From: Nautiliaceae bacterium
GTDB lineage: Bacteria > Campylobacterota > Campylobacteria > Campylobacterales > Nautiliaceae
Assembly: GCA_039831155.1 (NCBI GenBank)
Contig: JBDONT010000043.1
Location: 64,001 to 128,000, forward strand
DNA length: 64,000 bases
Direction of reading: 5' to 3'
Under the pieces are notes generated by a model that worked only from the letters and a program-made list of their open reading frames with translations, was not told the origin of the DNA and searched no databases. The position numbers were made by a program, and so were the translations under genes. Below, one piece after another: positions 21,092 through 30,541 of the stretch. Each line of letters opens with the position of its first letter. The first letter of the stretch is position 1.

Positions 21092-22117
21092 ATGGCACTT
21101 TCACCACAGCAACAGGCTATTTTAGATGAACTTTCTATGGCTGAAAAGATAGCGATTTTGCTTATACAACTCGGAGAAGATTTGACGGCTCAAATATTTT
21201 CTTATATGGATGTCGAAACAATTACCGAAATTTCAAAATATATAGCCACTGCTAAAACAATAGATAAAGCGGTGGCCGCTGCGGTTTTGGAGGAATTTTA
21301 TGTAATTTTCCAATCAAATCAATACATCTCAAGCGGTGGTTTAGAGTATGCAAAAGAGATTCTTTATAAAGCCTTAGGCCCGGAAGAGGCTAAAAAGGTT
21401 CTTGATAAACTTGCTAAATCTCTTCAAAACGAGCAGACTTTCGGATTTTTACAAAAAGTAAAACCACAGCAATTAGCGGATTTTATCGTAAACGAACACC
21501 CTCAAACCATTGCACTTATACTGGCTCATATGGACCCAAGTAGTGCGGCTGAAACGCTTAGTTATTTTCCGGATGAGGTAAGGGCTGAAGTTTTAATTAG
21601 AATGAGTAATTTAGGAGATATTTCTCCACAGGTAATTAAAAAAGTAAGTGCAATTTTAGAAACTAAGCTTGAAGCGTTAACCGGATACAAAGTAGAAATA
21701 GGTGGGGTTAGATTTGTGGCGGAAATTTTCAACAGACTTGGTCAAAAAGCGGCAAAATCGACTCTTAAATTTATAGAACAAGTAAATAACGAACTTGCCG
21801 AAGAGATTAAAGAGAAGATGTTTACGTTTGAAGATATTATTAAACTTGACAATAACGCTATAAGAGAAATTTTAAAAGAAGCCGATAAAAATCAATTAAT
21901 GATAGCCTTAAAAGGGGCTCCACCGGAGTTAAAAGAGAAATTTTTGGCAAATATGTCTCAAAGAGCGGCAGCTGCGTTTGAAGAGGAGATGCAATTTTTA
22001 GGACCGGTAAAAGTGAAAGACGTAGAAGCCGCTCAAAGAAGTATAGTGGAAATTGTTCAAAAACTTGCCGAAGAGGGTAGAGTAACTGTAGGAGCGGAGG
22101 AAGAAGTAATTGAGTAG
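21092..22117 (+). CDS. fliG: Flagellar motor switch protein
   Basis: EHPQTIALIL, MFTFED, NMSQRA, GPVKVKDVE. Confidence 0.97.
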   Translation: MALSPQQQAILDELSMAEKIAILLIQLGEDLTAQIFSYMDVETITEISKYIATAKTIDKAVAAAVLEEFYVIFQSNQYISSGGLEYAKEILYKALGPEEAKKVLDKLAKSLQNEQTFGFLQKVKPQQLADFIVNEHPQTIALILAHMDPSSAAETLSYFPDEVRAEVLIRMSNLGDISPQVIKKVSAILETKLEALTGYKVEIGGVRFVAEIFNRLGQKAAKSTLKFIEQVNNELAEEIKEKMFTFEDIIKLDNNAIREILKEADKNQLMIALKGAPPELKEKFLANMSQRAAAAFEEEMQFLGPVKVKDVEAAQRSIVEIVQKLAEEGRVTVGAEEEVIE

Positions 22118-22871
22118 AATAATAAACGGTGAAGCGGTTGAACAACACATAATTACCGAATATAAGTTTAAAAGTTTTGATGAAGAGGAAAAAGTAGAAC
22201 CGACTCCAAAAGAGGAGGTTTCTACCCAAAATCCACAACCACAACAGCTTACTATACCCAAAGAAGATTCAAAATATTTAGAAACAATAGAAAAACTTCT
22301 CTCAAAGATTGAAGAGTTAAGCAACAATATAGTAAGTATTCAGACTCAATTTGAAAAGCAGCTTAACGAATGTAAAGCCCAAATAGAGATAGAAAAGAAA
22401 AAAGCGTATGAAGAAGGGTATAAAAAAGGACAAGAGGACGTAGCCAACGCTCTTTCGAATGAATTGCAAGAAAAACTTAAGCTTTTAGAACGGTCCATTA
22501 AAAAAATTGATAATATTAACGAAATTTTTGAAGAAAAAATTTTATCGATTGAAAAAGAGTTAATTTCCGTAGCACTTGATATAGCAAAAGAGGTAATTCA
22601 AAAAGAAGTGAGTGAAAACTCTCAAGAAATTGCATATAATCTTGCTAAATCGTTAATGGAAGATATAAAAGATGCTACAAAAATTAAATTGAAAGTAAAT
22701 CCAAAAGACGCAGAGTTTTTAAAAGGGAAATTTGAAAATGTTGAAATTGTAGAAGATGACGCAGTAAAAGAGGGGGGAGTTGTTGTTGTTAGTGATATAG
22801 GAAATATTGATGCTCAAATTTTAGAGCGTTTTAAAACAATCAAAGAAGCCGTATTGGAAGGAAATGAATGA
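22110..22871 (+). CDS. fliH: Flagellar assembly protein
   Basis: AYEEGYKKG, KVNPKD, GGVVVVSDIGNIDA; follows fliG. Confidence 0.92.
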   Translation: MSRIINGEAVEQHIITEYKFKSFDEEEKVEPTPKEEVSTQNPQPQQLTIPKEDSKYLETIEKLLSKIEELSNNIVSIQTQFEKQLNECKAQIEIEKKKAYEEGYKKGQEDVANALSNELQEKLKLLERSIKKIDNINEIFEEKILSIEKELISVALDIAKEVIQKEVSENSQEIAYNLAKSLMEDIKDATKIKLKVNPKDAEFLKGKFENVEIVEDDAVKEGGVVVVSDIGNIDAQILERFKTIKEAVLEGNE

Positions 22872-24682
22872 TAGTAAAGGGTAAAAGTATAAAAGAACTT
22901 GTCGAGTTAGCCAAAGATATAAGAAATAGAATTTTGGAGGTTGTTTCTAAAAACGGAGGTCATTTAAGTTCAACTCTTGGAGCGGTGGAACTGATTATAG
23001 GAATGCATTATGTATTCGATTGCGAAAAGGACCCTTTTATATTTGATGTTTCTCATCAGGCTTATGCTCATAAACTTTTAACAGGAAGATGGGAAGAGTT
23101 TGATACTCTAAGACAATTTGGTGGGATAAGCGGATACACTAGGCCAAGTGAGAGTGAGTATGATTATTTTTCTGCCGGGCATTCATCAACTTCTATAAGT
23201 GTTGCGGTAGGGGCTGCTAAGGCTATAAAGCTTAAAAACGAAGATAGAATACCGGTTGTTTTAATCGGTGATGGGGCTATGAGTGCTGGTATGGTATATG
23301 AGGCGTTAAACGAGCTTGGATTTAGAAAATATCCGGTTGTTATTATTTTAAATGATAATGAAATGAGTATAGGAAAACCAATTGGTGCTATTAGTAAATA
23401 TTTGACAAGACTAAAAGCCGGAAAATTTTATCAAGGTTTTAAGGAAAAATTCAAAAAATTTTTAGACTCTGCTCCAAACGACGTTAAGTATGTAGCTAAA
23501 AAGTTTGAAGAGATGTTTAGTGTTCACGGTATTTTCTTTGAGGAGATGGGGCTTGAGTATATAGGTCCGATTGACGGGCATAATTTAGAGGAGATTATAG
23601 AAACTTTAACAATAGCAAAAGAACTGAAAAAACCGGTAATAGTGCACGCTAAAACAGTAAAAGGAAAAGGTTATAAACAAGCTGAAGGTTATTATGAGCA
23701 TTGGCACGGAGTCTCTCCTTTTGATTTAAAAACGGGAGAACCCCTAAAACCTTCAACTCTCTCTGCTACAAAAGTTTTTTCTAAAACTCTTTTTGATATT
23801 GCTAAAGATGATGAAAGAGTGGTGGGGGTTACTGCTGCTATGCCAAGTGGTACGGGAATGAAAGAGCTTATAGAGGAATTTCCGGATAGATTTTGGGATG
23901 TCGGAATTGCCGAACAGCACGCCGTAACTTCTATGGCACCTCTTGCAAAAGAAGGGTTTAAGCCGTTTGTGGCGATTTATTCTACGTTTTTGCAAAGAGG
24001 ATACGACCAAATTATTCACGATGTGTGTTTGGATAACTATCCGGTTAGGTTTGCGATTGATAGGGCCGGAATAGTAGGGGCTGACGGAGAGACTCATCAG
24101 GGTGTTTTTGATGTCGGATTTTTAAGAATTTTACCGAATATTACTATTTTTGCTCCGAGAGATTTTAAAACGTTAAAGAAAGTTGTTGAGTTTGCATATA
24201 AATTTGATAAAGGTCCTAGTGCGTTTAGATACCCTAGAGGTGCTTTTAGGTTAAAAGACGGGGTATTTGGAGCTACGGAGTTTGAGATTGGAAAAGCAGA
24301 ACTTTTAATAGATAGTGAAAATATTATGTTAATTGGGTATGGAGACGGAGTCGGAAAAGCTTATGAAGTTTTAGAAAAACTAAAACAAAAAGAAATAAAA
24401 ACAGGACTTTTGGATTTGAGGTTTGTAAAACCTTTTGACAGAGAACTTTTAAAAGCTTTAAAAGCTAAAAAATGGTACGTAATAAGTGACAATGCAAAAG
24501 AGGGTGGAATAGCCGAGATGCTTGAAGGATTTGTTAATGAAGAGGGGCTTGATGTAAGAGTAAAAAGTTTTGAATATCCGGATAAATTTATACCTCACGG
24601 AAGTGTTGAGGAAGTTGAGAAGCTTTTAGGGATTGATGTTGAGAGTATAGTAAAAGTGATTGAAAATGAAAATAGGCTATAA
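22868..24682 (+). CDS. dxs: 1-deoxy-D-xylulose-5-phosphate synthase
   Basis: GGHLSSTLGAVEL, DVSHQAY, GDGA...NDN, IAEQHAV, DRAG..GADGETH. Confidence 0.98.
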   Translation: MIVKGKSIKELVELAKDIRNRILEVVSKNGGHLSSTLGAVELIIGMHYVFDCEKDPFIFDVSHQAYAHKLLTGRWEEFDTLRQFGGISGYTRPSESEYDYFSAGHSSTSISVAVGAAKAIKLKNEDRIPVVLIGDGAMSAGMVYEALNELGFRKYPVVIILNDNEMSIGKPIGAISKYLTRLKAGKFYQGFKEKFKKFLDSAPNDVKYVAKKFEEMFSVHGIFFEEMGLEYIGPIDGHNLEEIIETLTIAKELKKPVIVHAKTVKGKGYKQAEGYYEHWHGVSPFDLKTGEPLKPSTLSATKVFSKTLFDIAKDDERVVGVTAAMPSGTGMKELIEEFPDRFWDVGIAEQHAVTSMAPLAKEGFKPFVAIYSTFLQRGYDQIIHDVCLDNYPVRFAIDRAGIVGADGETHQGVFDVGFLRILPNITIFAPRDFKTLKKVVEFAYKFDKGPSAFRYPRGAFRLKDGVFGATEFEIGKAELLIDSENIMLIGYGDGVGKAYEVLEKLKQKEIKTGLLDLRFVKPFDRELLKALKAKKWYVISDNAKEGGIAEMLEGFVNEEGLDVRVKSFEYPDKFIPHGSVEEVEKLLGIDVESIVKVIENENRL

Positions 24683-25455
24683 AAGCGATATTCATCTTGA
24701 TTTTTGGATAGGAGGTGCAAATAATGAAAATAAAATAGAACGGTTTGTAAAAAAAATCTTATCTCCAAAAGAGATGGATGTTTTAATAATTGCCGGGGAT
24801 TTGGGGCATTATAACTATCAAAATTTTTTACTTTTAAAAGTGTTAAAAAAATGGACTAAAAAAATTTTATTTGTTTTGGGAAATCACGATTTTTATTTGG
24901 TAAGTAATTCTCAAAAAAACAGATACAAAACTTCTTTTAAGAGGATAAAAGAATTTAAAGAGATGGTTAGTTCTTTAGAAGATGTTTATTTGTTGGATGG
25001 GGAGATGATTGAAATTGGTGGGGTTAAATTTTTTGGAGCTAATAGCTGGTATGATTTCAGTGTGGCTTTAAAAAAGAGATATTCTTTAGAATATATTAGA
25101 AAAACTTGGGAAGGTATTATGAATGATGCTAAAAAAATAATTCCTAAAATAGAGCCTATTAAAAATAGCCACTCTTGAAAAAGAGAAACTAAAAAGTAGT
25201 AATAACGCAGATATAGTTTTTACTCACGTAATGCCTTTTGATTTTGAATGTTATGAGAAAGATACTGTTTTGAACAGTTTTTATTCATTTAACGGGGAAG
25301 AGTTTTTTAATGAAAACATTAAATATTGGATTTTCGGACATTGTCATTATTCTTATAATTTATATGAAAGAGAAATTCGTTTTTGAAGTTCGCCTCTAGG
25401 ATATCCAGGGAAAGGAGCTAAGTTTGAGATTAGTTATATTGATTTTAATAATTAG
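24666..25455 (+). pseudogene. Calcineurin-like metallophosphoesterase, disrupted
   Basis: SDIH, AGD and GNHD in the first frame; frameshift at A5 run 25161-25165; TH, FGHCH and PLGYP motifs in the second frame; in-frame TGA 25384-25386. Confidence 0.85.
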
Positions 25456-25795
25456 TGTTTTTATAGGATGTGAGAAAAAGATAACTTATAAAAAACACAC
25501 AGAAAAATATTATCAGGCAAACCTTTGTAAAAGACTTGGTGGAGTGATGGAGTATAGACTTAGCGATAAAACAAGAGTTGATTGTTTAACAAAAGAGTAT
25601 GCTATAGAAGTGGACTGGGCTAAAAAGTGGGCGGAAGGAATTGGGCAGAGTCTTTATTATTCTATAATGACTCATAGAAAACCGGCTGTTGCTTTGATTG
25701 TCGGGGATAAAGATAAAAGGTATATAAAAAGACTTGATAAAGTGGCAAAAAAACTTGGAATAAAAGTTTTTTTAATTGAAAAAGAGAAAAAGTAA
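25424..25795 (+). CDS. Putative lipoprotein with PD-(D/E)XK-like domain
   Basis: Hydrophobic signal ending FIGC (lipobox-like); RVDCLT..AIEVD..KWAEGIGQSLYY. Confidence 0.7.
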   Translation: MRLVILILIISVFIGCEKKITYKKHTEKYYQANLCKRLGGVMEYRLSDKTRVDCLTKEYAIEVDWAKKWAEGIGQSLYYSIMTHRKPAVALIVGDKDKRYIKRLDKVAKKLGIKVFLIEKEKK

Positions 25796-25804
25796 GGAAA
25801 AGTT

Positions 25805-26326
25805 ATGGCAAAAGCAGTTTTTGGAGGGGGATGTTTTTGGTTTTTGGATGCTGTTTTTAGAAGAGTAAAGGGAGTTAGGGATGTTGTTGTCGGATATGCA
25901 GGAGGGAGAAGAACAAACCCTAATTATGAGCAGGTCTGTACGGGTGTTACGGGTCATGCTGAAGTAGTTGAAATTGATTTTAATGAAAATGAGATAAGTT
26001 ATGATGAGCTTTTGGATATCTTTTTTGAAATACACGACCCAACTCAACTAAACAGACAAGGAAACGATGTCGGGACTCAATATCGCTCAATTATCTTATA
26101 TCTTGATGAAGCTCAAAAAGAAAAAGCCCTAAAAAAGATAGAAGAACTAAAAAACAGAGGCATAAATGTAGTAACGGAAGTTAAAAGGTTTGATAAATTT
26201 TATAAAGCGGAAGAGTATCATCAAAACTATTTCGCTAAAAATTCATATCAGCCGTATTGTGCTTATGTAGTGGCTCCTAAAGTAAATAAATTTTTAAAGA
26301 GGTTTAATGAATATTCAAAAAGTTAA
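25805..26326 (+). CDS. msrA: Peptide-methionine (S)-S-oxide reductase
   Basis: GGGCFW, GYAGG, TGHAEVV, RQGNDVGTQYRS, AEEYHQNY. Confidence 0.96.
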   Translation: MAKAVFGGGCFWFLDAVFRRVKGVRDVVVGYAGGRRTNPNYEQVCTGVTGHAEVVEIDFNENEISYDELLDIFFEIHDPTQLNRQGNDVGTQYRSIILYLDEAQKEKALKKIEELKNRGINVVTEVKRFDKFYKAEEYHQNYFAKNSYQPYCAYVVAPKVNKFLKRFNEYSKS

Positions 26327-28244
26327 AAAATTAAAAGCAGATATAACATATCTAAAAATAAATAGAGGCGTTGTTGCAGTTGATGAAGAAAACAGAGTCT
26401 ATTTTTTTGATGAAAATGAAAAGTTTGTAAAAGGGTTTAACTTTAAACTCCCTAAACATAAAAAAGAGGAAAACAGTATTGATGTAAGTTATGATAACAG
26501 ATACGTTCTTATCGCTATTCCTAGTAAAGGGTTGTATCTTTTTGATTTAAAGTTGAAAAAAAAGCAGCAGTTTAACTGGCATAAGGGGGATGTTACTTGT
26601 TGTAAATTTTTTGATGGCGGATATTTTGGAAGTGGAGGAGTGGACGGGCATATTTATCTTTATGCGTTGGATTTGCGAAAAAGAGTCGCTTCCCTTCCTA
26701 AACATAAAGATTTTGTTATGGATTTGGAGTTTATATCTTCTGAAGACACTCTAGTGGCAGGAGGATATGATAACAGTGTTATTTTTGTGGATGTTTCAAG
26801 TTTTAAACGTCACATAAGATATCCTCATTTAAAACCGACAAAAAAAGTGATGTTTAACAACTACCTCGTAACAACTTCAACATTTAGTGATATCATAAAA
26901 TGGATTGAGTATGAGGATGCTGATAGGTTTAAACTTTATAAAGAGTTTAGAGATTTTGAAATAGTGGATAATATTTTGATTATTGGAGTTGAGGGTAAAA
27001 TCGTTCTTTATGATTTGGAAAAAGAGGTGCTTTTAAATGAGGAATTTTTAAAAGTGGATGTAGAAAAAATAAGCGTTTATAAAAACTGGCTCTATTTTTC
27101 TTTTGAAGATACGATTTTTAAGGTAAATTTGCTTGAAGATGAGGATAAACTCATTTCTTTAATTGCTATGGAAAATTACAAAGAAGTTTATGAGCTTGTT
27201 TTAAAAAATCCTTTTTTAAAGAAAATCAAAGCGTATGAAGAGTTAGAAGAGATTTATAAAGAAAAAATAAAAGAAGCTATTAAGTATTTTGAGGCTTTGG
27301 AAGATGATATGGCTTTAAATGTTTTAAGACCGTTTTTAGAAGTACCTAGTTTGAAATTTGAGATAGAAAAAATAATAAACGACTTTAAAAATTTTGCAAA
27401 ATTTAAACTGGCTTATGAGAAGAAAAATTACGCTCTTTTGTATCAATTAGCTTATATGTATCCTAATTTGCAGAAAACAAAAATTTTCGAACTTGTAGAA
27501 AAAGAGTGGGAGAAAAGAGTTGATTTGGCTTTTAAATATGCGATTAAAGGCAAAATTGAAGATGCAAAAGAGGTTTTAAAGCCTTTTATGGGGGTTGCTA
27601 AAAAAATTCCTCTTATAAAAAAAATTTTACAAGAAGCCGGTAAATATAGGCTTTTAAAAGAGAAGCTTGTAAAAAGGGATTTTAAAGGTTTTTGTACTTT
27701 AATTAAAGAAAATCCGGAGTTTAAAGACACTAAAGAATATAGGATTTTAATGGAGTATGCCCAAAACTTATATAAAAAGGCACTTGAACTTTTAAAAAAA
27801 GAGGATTTTAAAAGGGTTATTAAAATAATTCATACTTTAAGGGATATTGAGAAATTTAGGGATAAAGCCGTGGAACTTGAAGAGAAGTTAAAAATTATTT
27901 TGGAATTTATAAAAGCTTTTAAAAGTGATAAAAATAGGGCTTTTGAGTTGGTTAAAAAATATCCGTTTTTAAGAGAACTTAGTGTATTTAGAGAGTATGA
28001 TAGTATTTGGAAGGATAAATTAAAGCTTGCCCAAAGAAAAGCTTTTGAGGGGAAATTAAAAGAAGCGTTGGATGAGCTTAAAGAGTATAAAGGGATTGAA
28101 GCTAAAAAGGCTAGGATTTCTTCTATGATTAAAAGTGCTTATTTAGAATATATAGACTCTTTAACAGGGGATAAAAGGCAAGAAGCTATAGAAAAATATA
28201 AGAAAAAATTCGGAGAAGACGAAGAGATTAAAAAACTCTCTTGA
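26307..28244 (+). CDS. WD40 beta-propeller plus alpha-helical repeat protein
   Basis: HKGDVTCCKF..SGGVDG and HKDFV..AGGYDNSV WD40 blades; four C-terminal repeats of about 84 aa. Confidence 0.75.
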   Translation: MNIQKVKKLKADITYLKINRGVVAVDEENRVYFFDENEKFVKGFNFKLPKHKKEENSIDVSYDNRYVLIAIPSKGLYLFDLKLKKKQQFNWHKGDVTCCKFFDGGYFGSGGVDGHIYLYALDLRKRVASLPKHKDFVMDLEFISSEDTLVAGGYDNSVIFVDVSSFKRHIRYPHLKPTKKVMFNNYLVTTSTFSDIIKWIEYEDADRFKLYKEFRDFEIVDNILIIGVEGKIVLYDLEKEVLLNEEFLKVDVEKISVYKNWLYFSFEDTIFKVNLLEDEDKLISLIAMENYKEVYELVLKNPFLKKIKAYEELEEIYKEKIKEAIKYFEALEDDMALNVLRPFLEVPSLKFEIEKIINDFKNFAKFKLAYEKKNYALLYQLAYMYPNLQKTKIFELVEKEWEKRVDLAFKYAIKGKIEDAKEVLKPFMGVAKKIPLIKKILQEAGKYRLLKEKLVKRDFKGFCTLIKENPEFKDTKEYRILMEYAQNLYKKALELLKKEDFKRVIKIIHTLRDIEKFRDKAVELEEKLKIILEFIKAFKSDKNRAFELVKKYPFLRELSVFREYDSIWKDKLKLAQRKAFEGKLKEALDELKEYKGIEAKKARISSMIKSAYLEYIDSLTGDKRQEAIEKYKKKFGEDEEIKKLS

Positions 28245-28279
28245 AATTTTGTTTAAGAAAGGGTATAATTTCACTCAAT

Positions 28280-28365
28280 GCCGGCGTGGCGGAACTGGTA
28301 GACGCGTCGGACTCAAAATCCGATGAGCTCTGCTCATGTGGGTTCGAGTCCCACCGCCGGTACCA
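28280..28365 (+). tRNA. tRNA-Leu(CAA)
   Basis: Cloverleaf, anticodon arm TCGGA-CT-CAA-AA-TCCGA, long variable arm, GGTTCGA T-loop, CCA end; TATAAT upstream. Confidence 0.97.
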
Positions 28366-28477
28366 TTTTTAAACTACATACTTCTTCTTTTAATTAATCA
28401 TCATAAAATTTAATTTGTTGATAATTTATTTTGGAAAATCAAAACTCCTTTAGAAGATTACAGGAGGAAACAGATAA

Positions 28478-28508
28478 AAAAGAGTCTTATTTGTTTAAAG
28501 ACTCTTTT
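28478..28508 (-). terminator. Intrinsic terminator overlapping the hup 3' end
   Basis: 11-bp stem AAAAGAGTCTT / AAGACTCTTTT ending in a U run on the minus strand. Confidence 0.6.
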
Positions 28509-28762
28509 AGTTTTTTACCAGCTTTGAATTTTACAGATTTTGTTTCAGGAATTTGGATTTCTTTGTTTGTTCCCGGAACTTTTGCAACTCTTGGAGCTCT
28601 TGTTACCACTTCAAAGCTACCAAATCCGATAAAACTAACTTTTTTACCTTCTTTTAACGCTTCTTGAATAGTTTCTATTGTAGCGTCAATTACTGCACTA
28701 ACATCTTTTTTGCTAAGACCAGACTTTTCTGCAACTGCTGAAATTAATTCAGATTTTTTCAT
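28487..28762 (-). CDS. hup: DNA-binding protein HU
   Basis: MKKSELI, GFGSFEV, VKFKAGKKLK. Confidence 0.96.
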   Translation of the reverse strand: MKKSELISAVAEKSGLSKKDVSAVIDATIETIQEALKEGKKVSFIGFGSFEVVTRAPRVAKVPGTNKEIQIPETKSVKFKAGKKLKESLNK

Positions 28763-28865
28763 TTTTCCTCCTTTTTTGGCTTTGTAAAAATTTTACTCTT
28801 TTTTTGAATTAAAAATCAAGTGTTAAGGGCATTTTTTGTTATAATTTTGCAAAAAAAGGCACAAT

Positions 28866-29312
28866 ATGCAAGCTTGTGAACTACCTAGTCTTAAAAATGC
28901 TGAAAAAAAGCTTTGTGAAATTTTAAAAAACTCAAAAACAATAGTAGTAGTGGGACTTTCTCCAAAAGAGCATAGAGCTTCTAATCAAGTAGCTAAATAT
29001 ATGCAGGAAAAAGGGTATAAAATTATTCCGGTTTATCCTAGAGAAGAGACAATCCTTGGAGAAAAAGTTTACAGAAGTTTGGATGAGATTGACTTTGAAG
29101 TGGATATTGTAGATATTTTCCGTAAAAGTGAAGATACTCCGGAAATCGTTGAAAAGGCAGTAAACTTGCCGGGAGTTAAATGTATCTTTTTACAAGAGGG
29201 GGTTAAGCACGAAAAATCAAAAGAGATAGCTAAAAACGCAGGGATTTATTACGTAGAGGACAGTTGTCTTATGGTTGATTATATGAGATGTGAGAGAGAG
29301 GGTCTTGTATGA
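28866..29312 (+). CDS. CoA-binding protein (YccU-like)
   Basis: VVGLSPK..RAS, GYKIIPV, DIVDIFR, LQEG. Confidence 0.9.
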   Translation: MQACELPSLKNAEKKLCEILKNSKTIVVVGLSPKEHRASNQVAKYMQEKGYKIIPVYPREETILGEKVYRSLDEIDFEVDIVDIFRKSEDTPEIVEKAVNLPGVKCIFLQEGVKHEKSKEIAKNAGIYYVEDSCLMVDYMRCEREGLV

Positions 29313-30517
29313 TACCTCTAGAATCCATAAAAAAAGCTCACGAAAATATAAGCAAAGTTATTTATAAAACACCTTTTGCATATGCACCTATTTTATCTCA
29401 AAAAGTCGGAAACGAAATATATTTAAAAAAGGAAAACTTGCAAATTACAGGGGCTTTTAAATTAAGAGGAGCTTTTAATAAAATAGCTTCTTTAACCGAT
29501 GAACAGAGAAAAAAGGGAGTAATTGCGGCAAGTGCCGGTAACCACGCTCAAGGAGTTGCTTTTAGTGCGAATTATTTTAATATTCCTTCAATTATCGTTA
29601 TGCCGGAAGCCACGCCACTTACTAAAGTAAGTGGAGTTAAAGAGTATGGAGGAGAGGTGGTACTTGCCGGGAATAATTACGATGAAGCTTATGAATACGC
29701 TATAAAACTTGCAAAAGAAAAAGAGATGGAATTTATTCACCCCTTTGCCGATTATGACGTAATGGCAGGTCAAGGGACTATTGCACTTGAAATGCTTAGT
29801 AAAGTTCCGGATTTGGATTATATTATAGTTCCGGTCGGAGGAGGAGGTTTAATTAGCGGAATTGCAAGTGCCGCAAAAGCTATTAATCCTCATATCAAAA
29901 TAGTAGGAGTTACCGCAGTCGGGGCTCCGGCTATGAGACTTAGCTTTTTAAGCGGAAGCGTGCAGGATACTACGTTTGTAAAAACAATAGCGGACGGAAT
30001 AGCGGTAAGAGATACTTCACCGGTTACTTTCAAACTTATTCAAGATCTTATAGATGATATAGTTGAGGTTGACGATGAAGAGATAGCAAATGCGATTTTG
30101 TTTTTAATGGAAAGACAAAAACTTGTGGTTGAGGGTGCGGGAGCCGTAGGAATTGCTGCACTTTTACATCATAAAATCAAATTTTCCTCTCCTAAGAAAG
30201 TAGGGGTTGTTTTAAGTGGAGGAAATATAGATGTAACTATGCTTAATTTGATTATCGAAAAAGGACTTTTAAAATCTTATAGAAAAATGAAGCTTATAGT
30301 TACGCTTGTGGATAAGCCGGGGTCTTTAATGCATTTGACGGAAATTTTATCCAAAGAAAAAGCAAACATTGTATCGATTGGATATGACAGAACGGATTTA
30401 AATTTGGCAATCGGGGATGCAAACGTAAGTATAGCCCTTGAGACAAGGGGGCTTGAACATCAGGAATCTATAAAAAGGGCTTTGCATAAAGCCGGATTTA
30501 GATTTGTAGTAGAATAG
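29309..30517 (+). CDS. ilvA: Threonine ammonia-lyase with C-terminal ACT domain
   Basis: ENLQITGAFKLRGA, SAGNHAQG, VGGGGL, SGGNID, DKPG ACT motif. Confidence 0.95.
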   Translation: MIPLESIKKAHENISKVIYKTPFAYAPILSQKVGNEIYLKKENLQITGAFKLRGAFNKIASLTDEQRKKGVIAASAGNHAQGVAFSANYFNIPSIIVMPEATPLTKVSGVKEYGGEVVLAGNNYDEAYEYAIKLAKEKEMEFIHPFADYDVMAGQGTIALEMLSKVPDLDYIIVPVGGGGLISGIASAAKAINPHIKIVGVTAVGAPAMRLSFLSGSVQDTTFVKTIADGIAVRDTSPVTFKLIQDLIDDIVEVDDEEIANAILFLMERQKLVVEGAGAVGIAALLHHKIKFSSPKKVGVVLSGGNIDVTMLNLIIEKGLLKSYRKMKLIVTLVDKPGSLMHLTEILSKEKANIVSIGYDRTDLNLAIGDANVSIALETRGLEHQESIKRALHKAGFRFVVE

Positions 30518-30541
30518 TTTAATAAATATAAAGGAGAATTT

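Noticed and set aside
25384..25386. In-frame TGA as selenocysteine
   Set aside because: The position appears to correspond to a hydrophobic residue rather than Cys, no evident SECIS hairpin follows, and the gene is already frameshifted
28366..28486. Integrative element at tRNA-Leu(CAA) or tRNA-Leu(GAG)
   Set aside because: No integrase and no duplicated tRNA 3' end seen; includes the spurious 28431-28667 ORF antisense to hup
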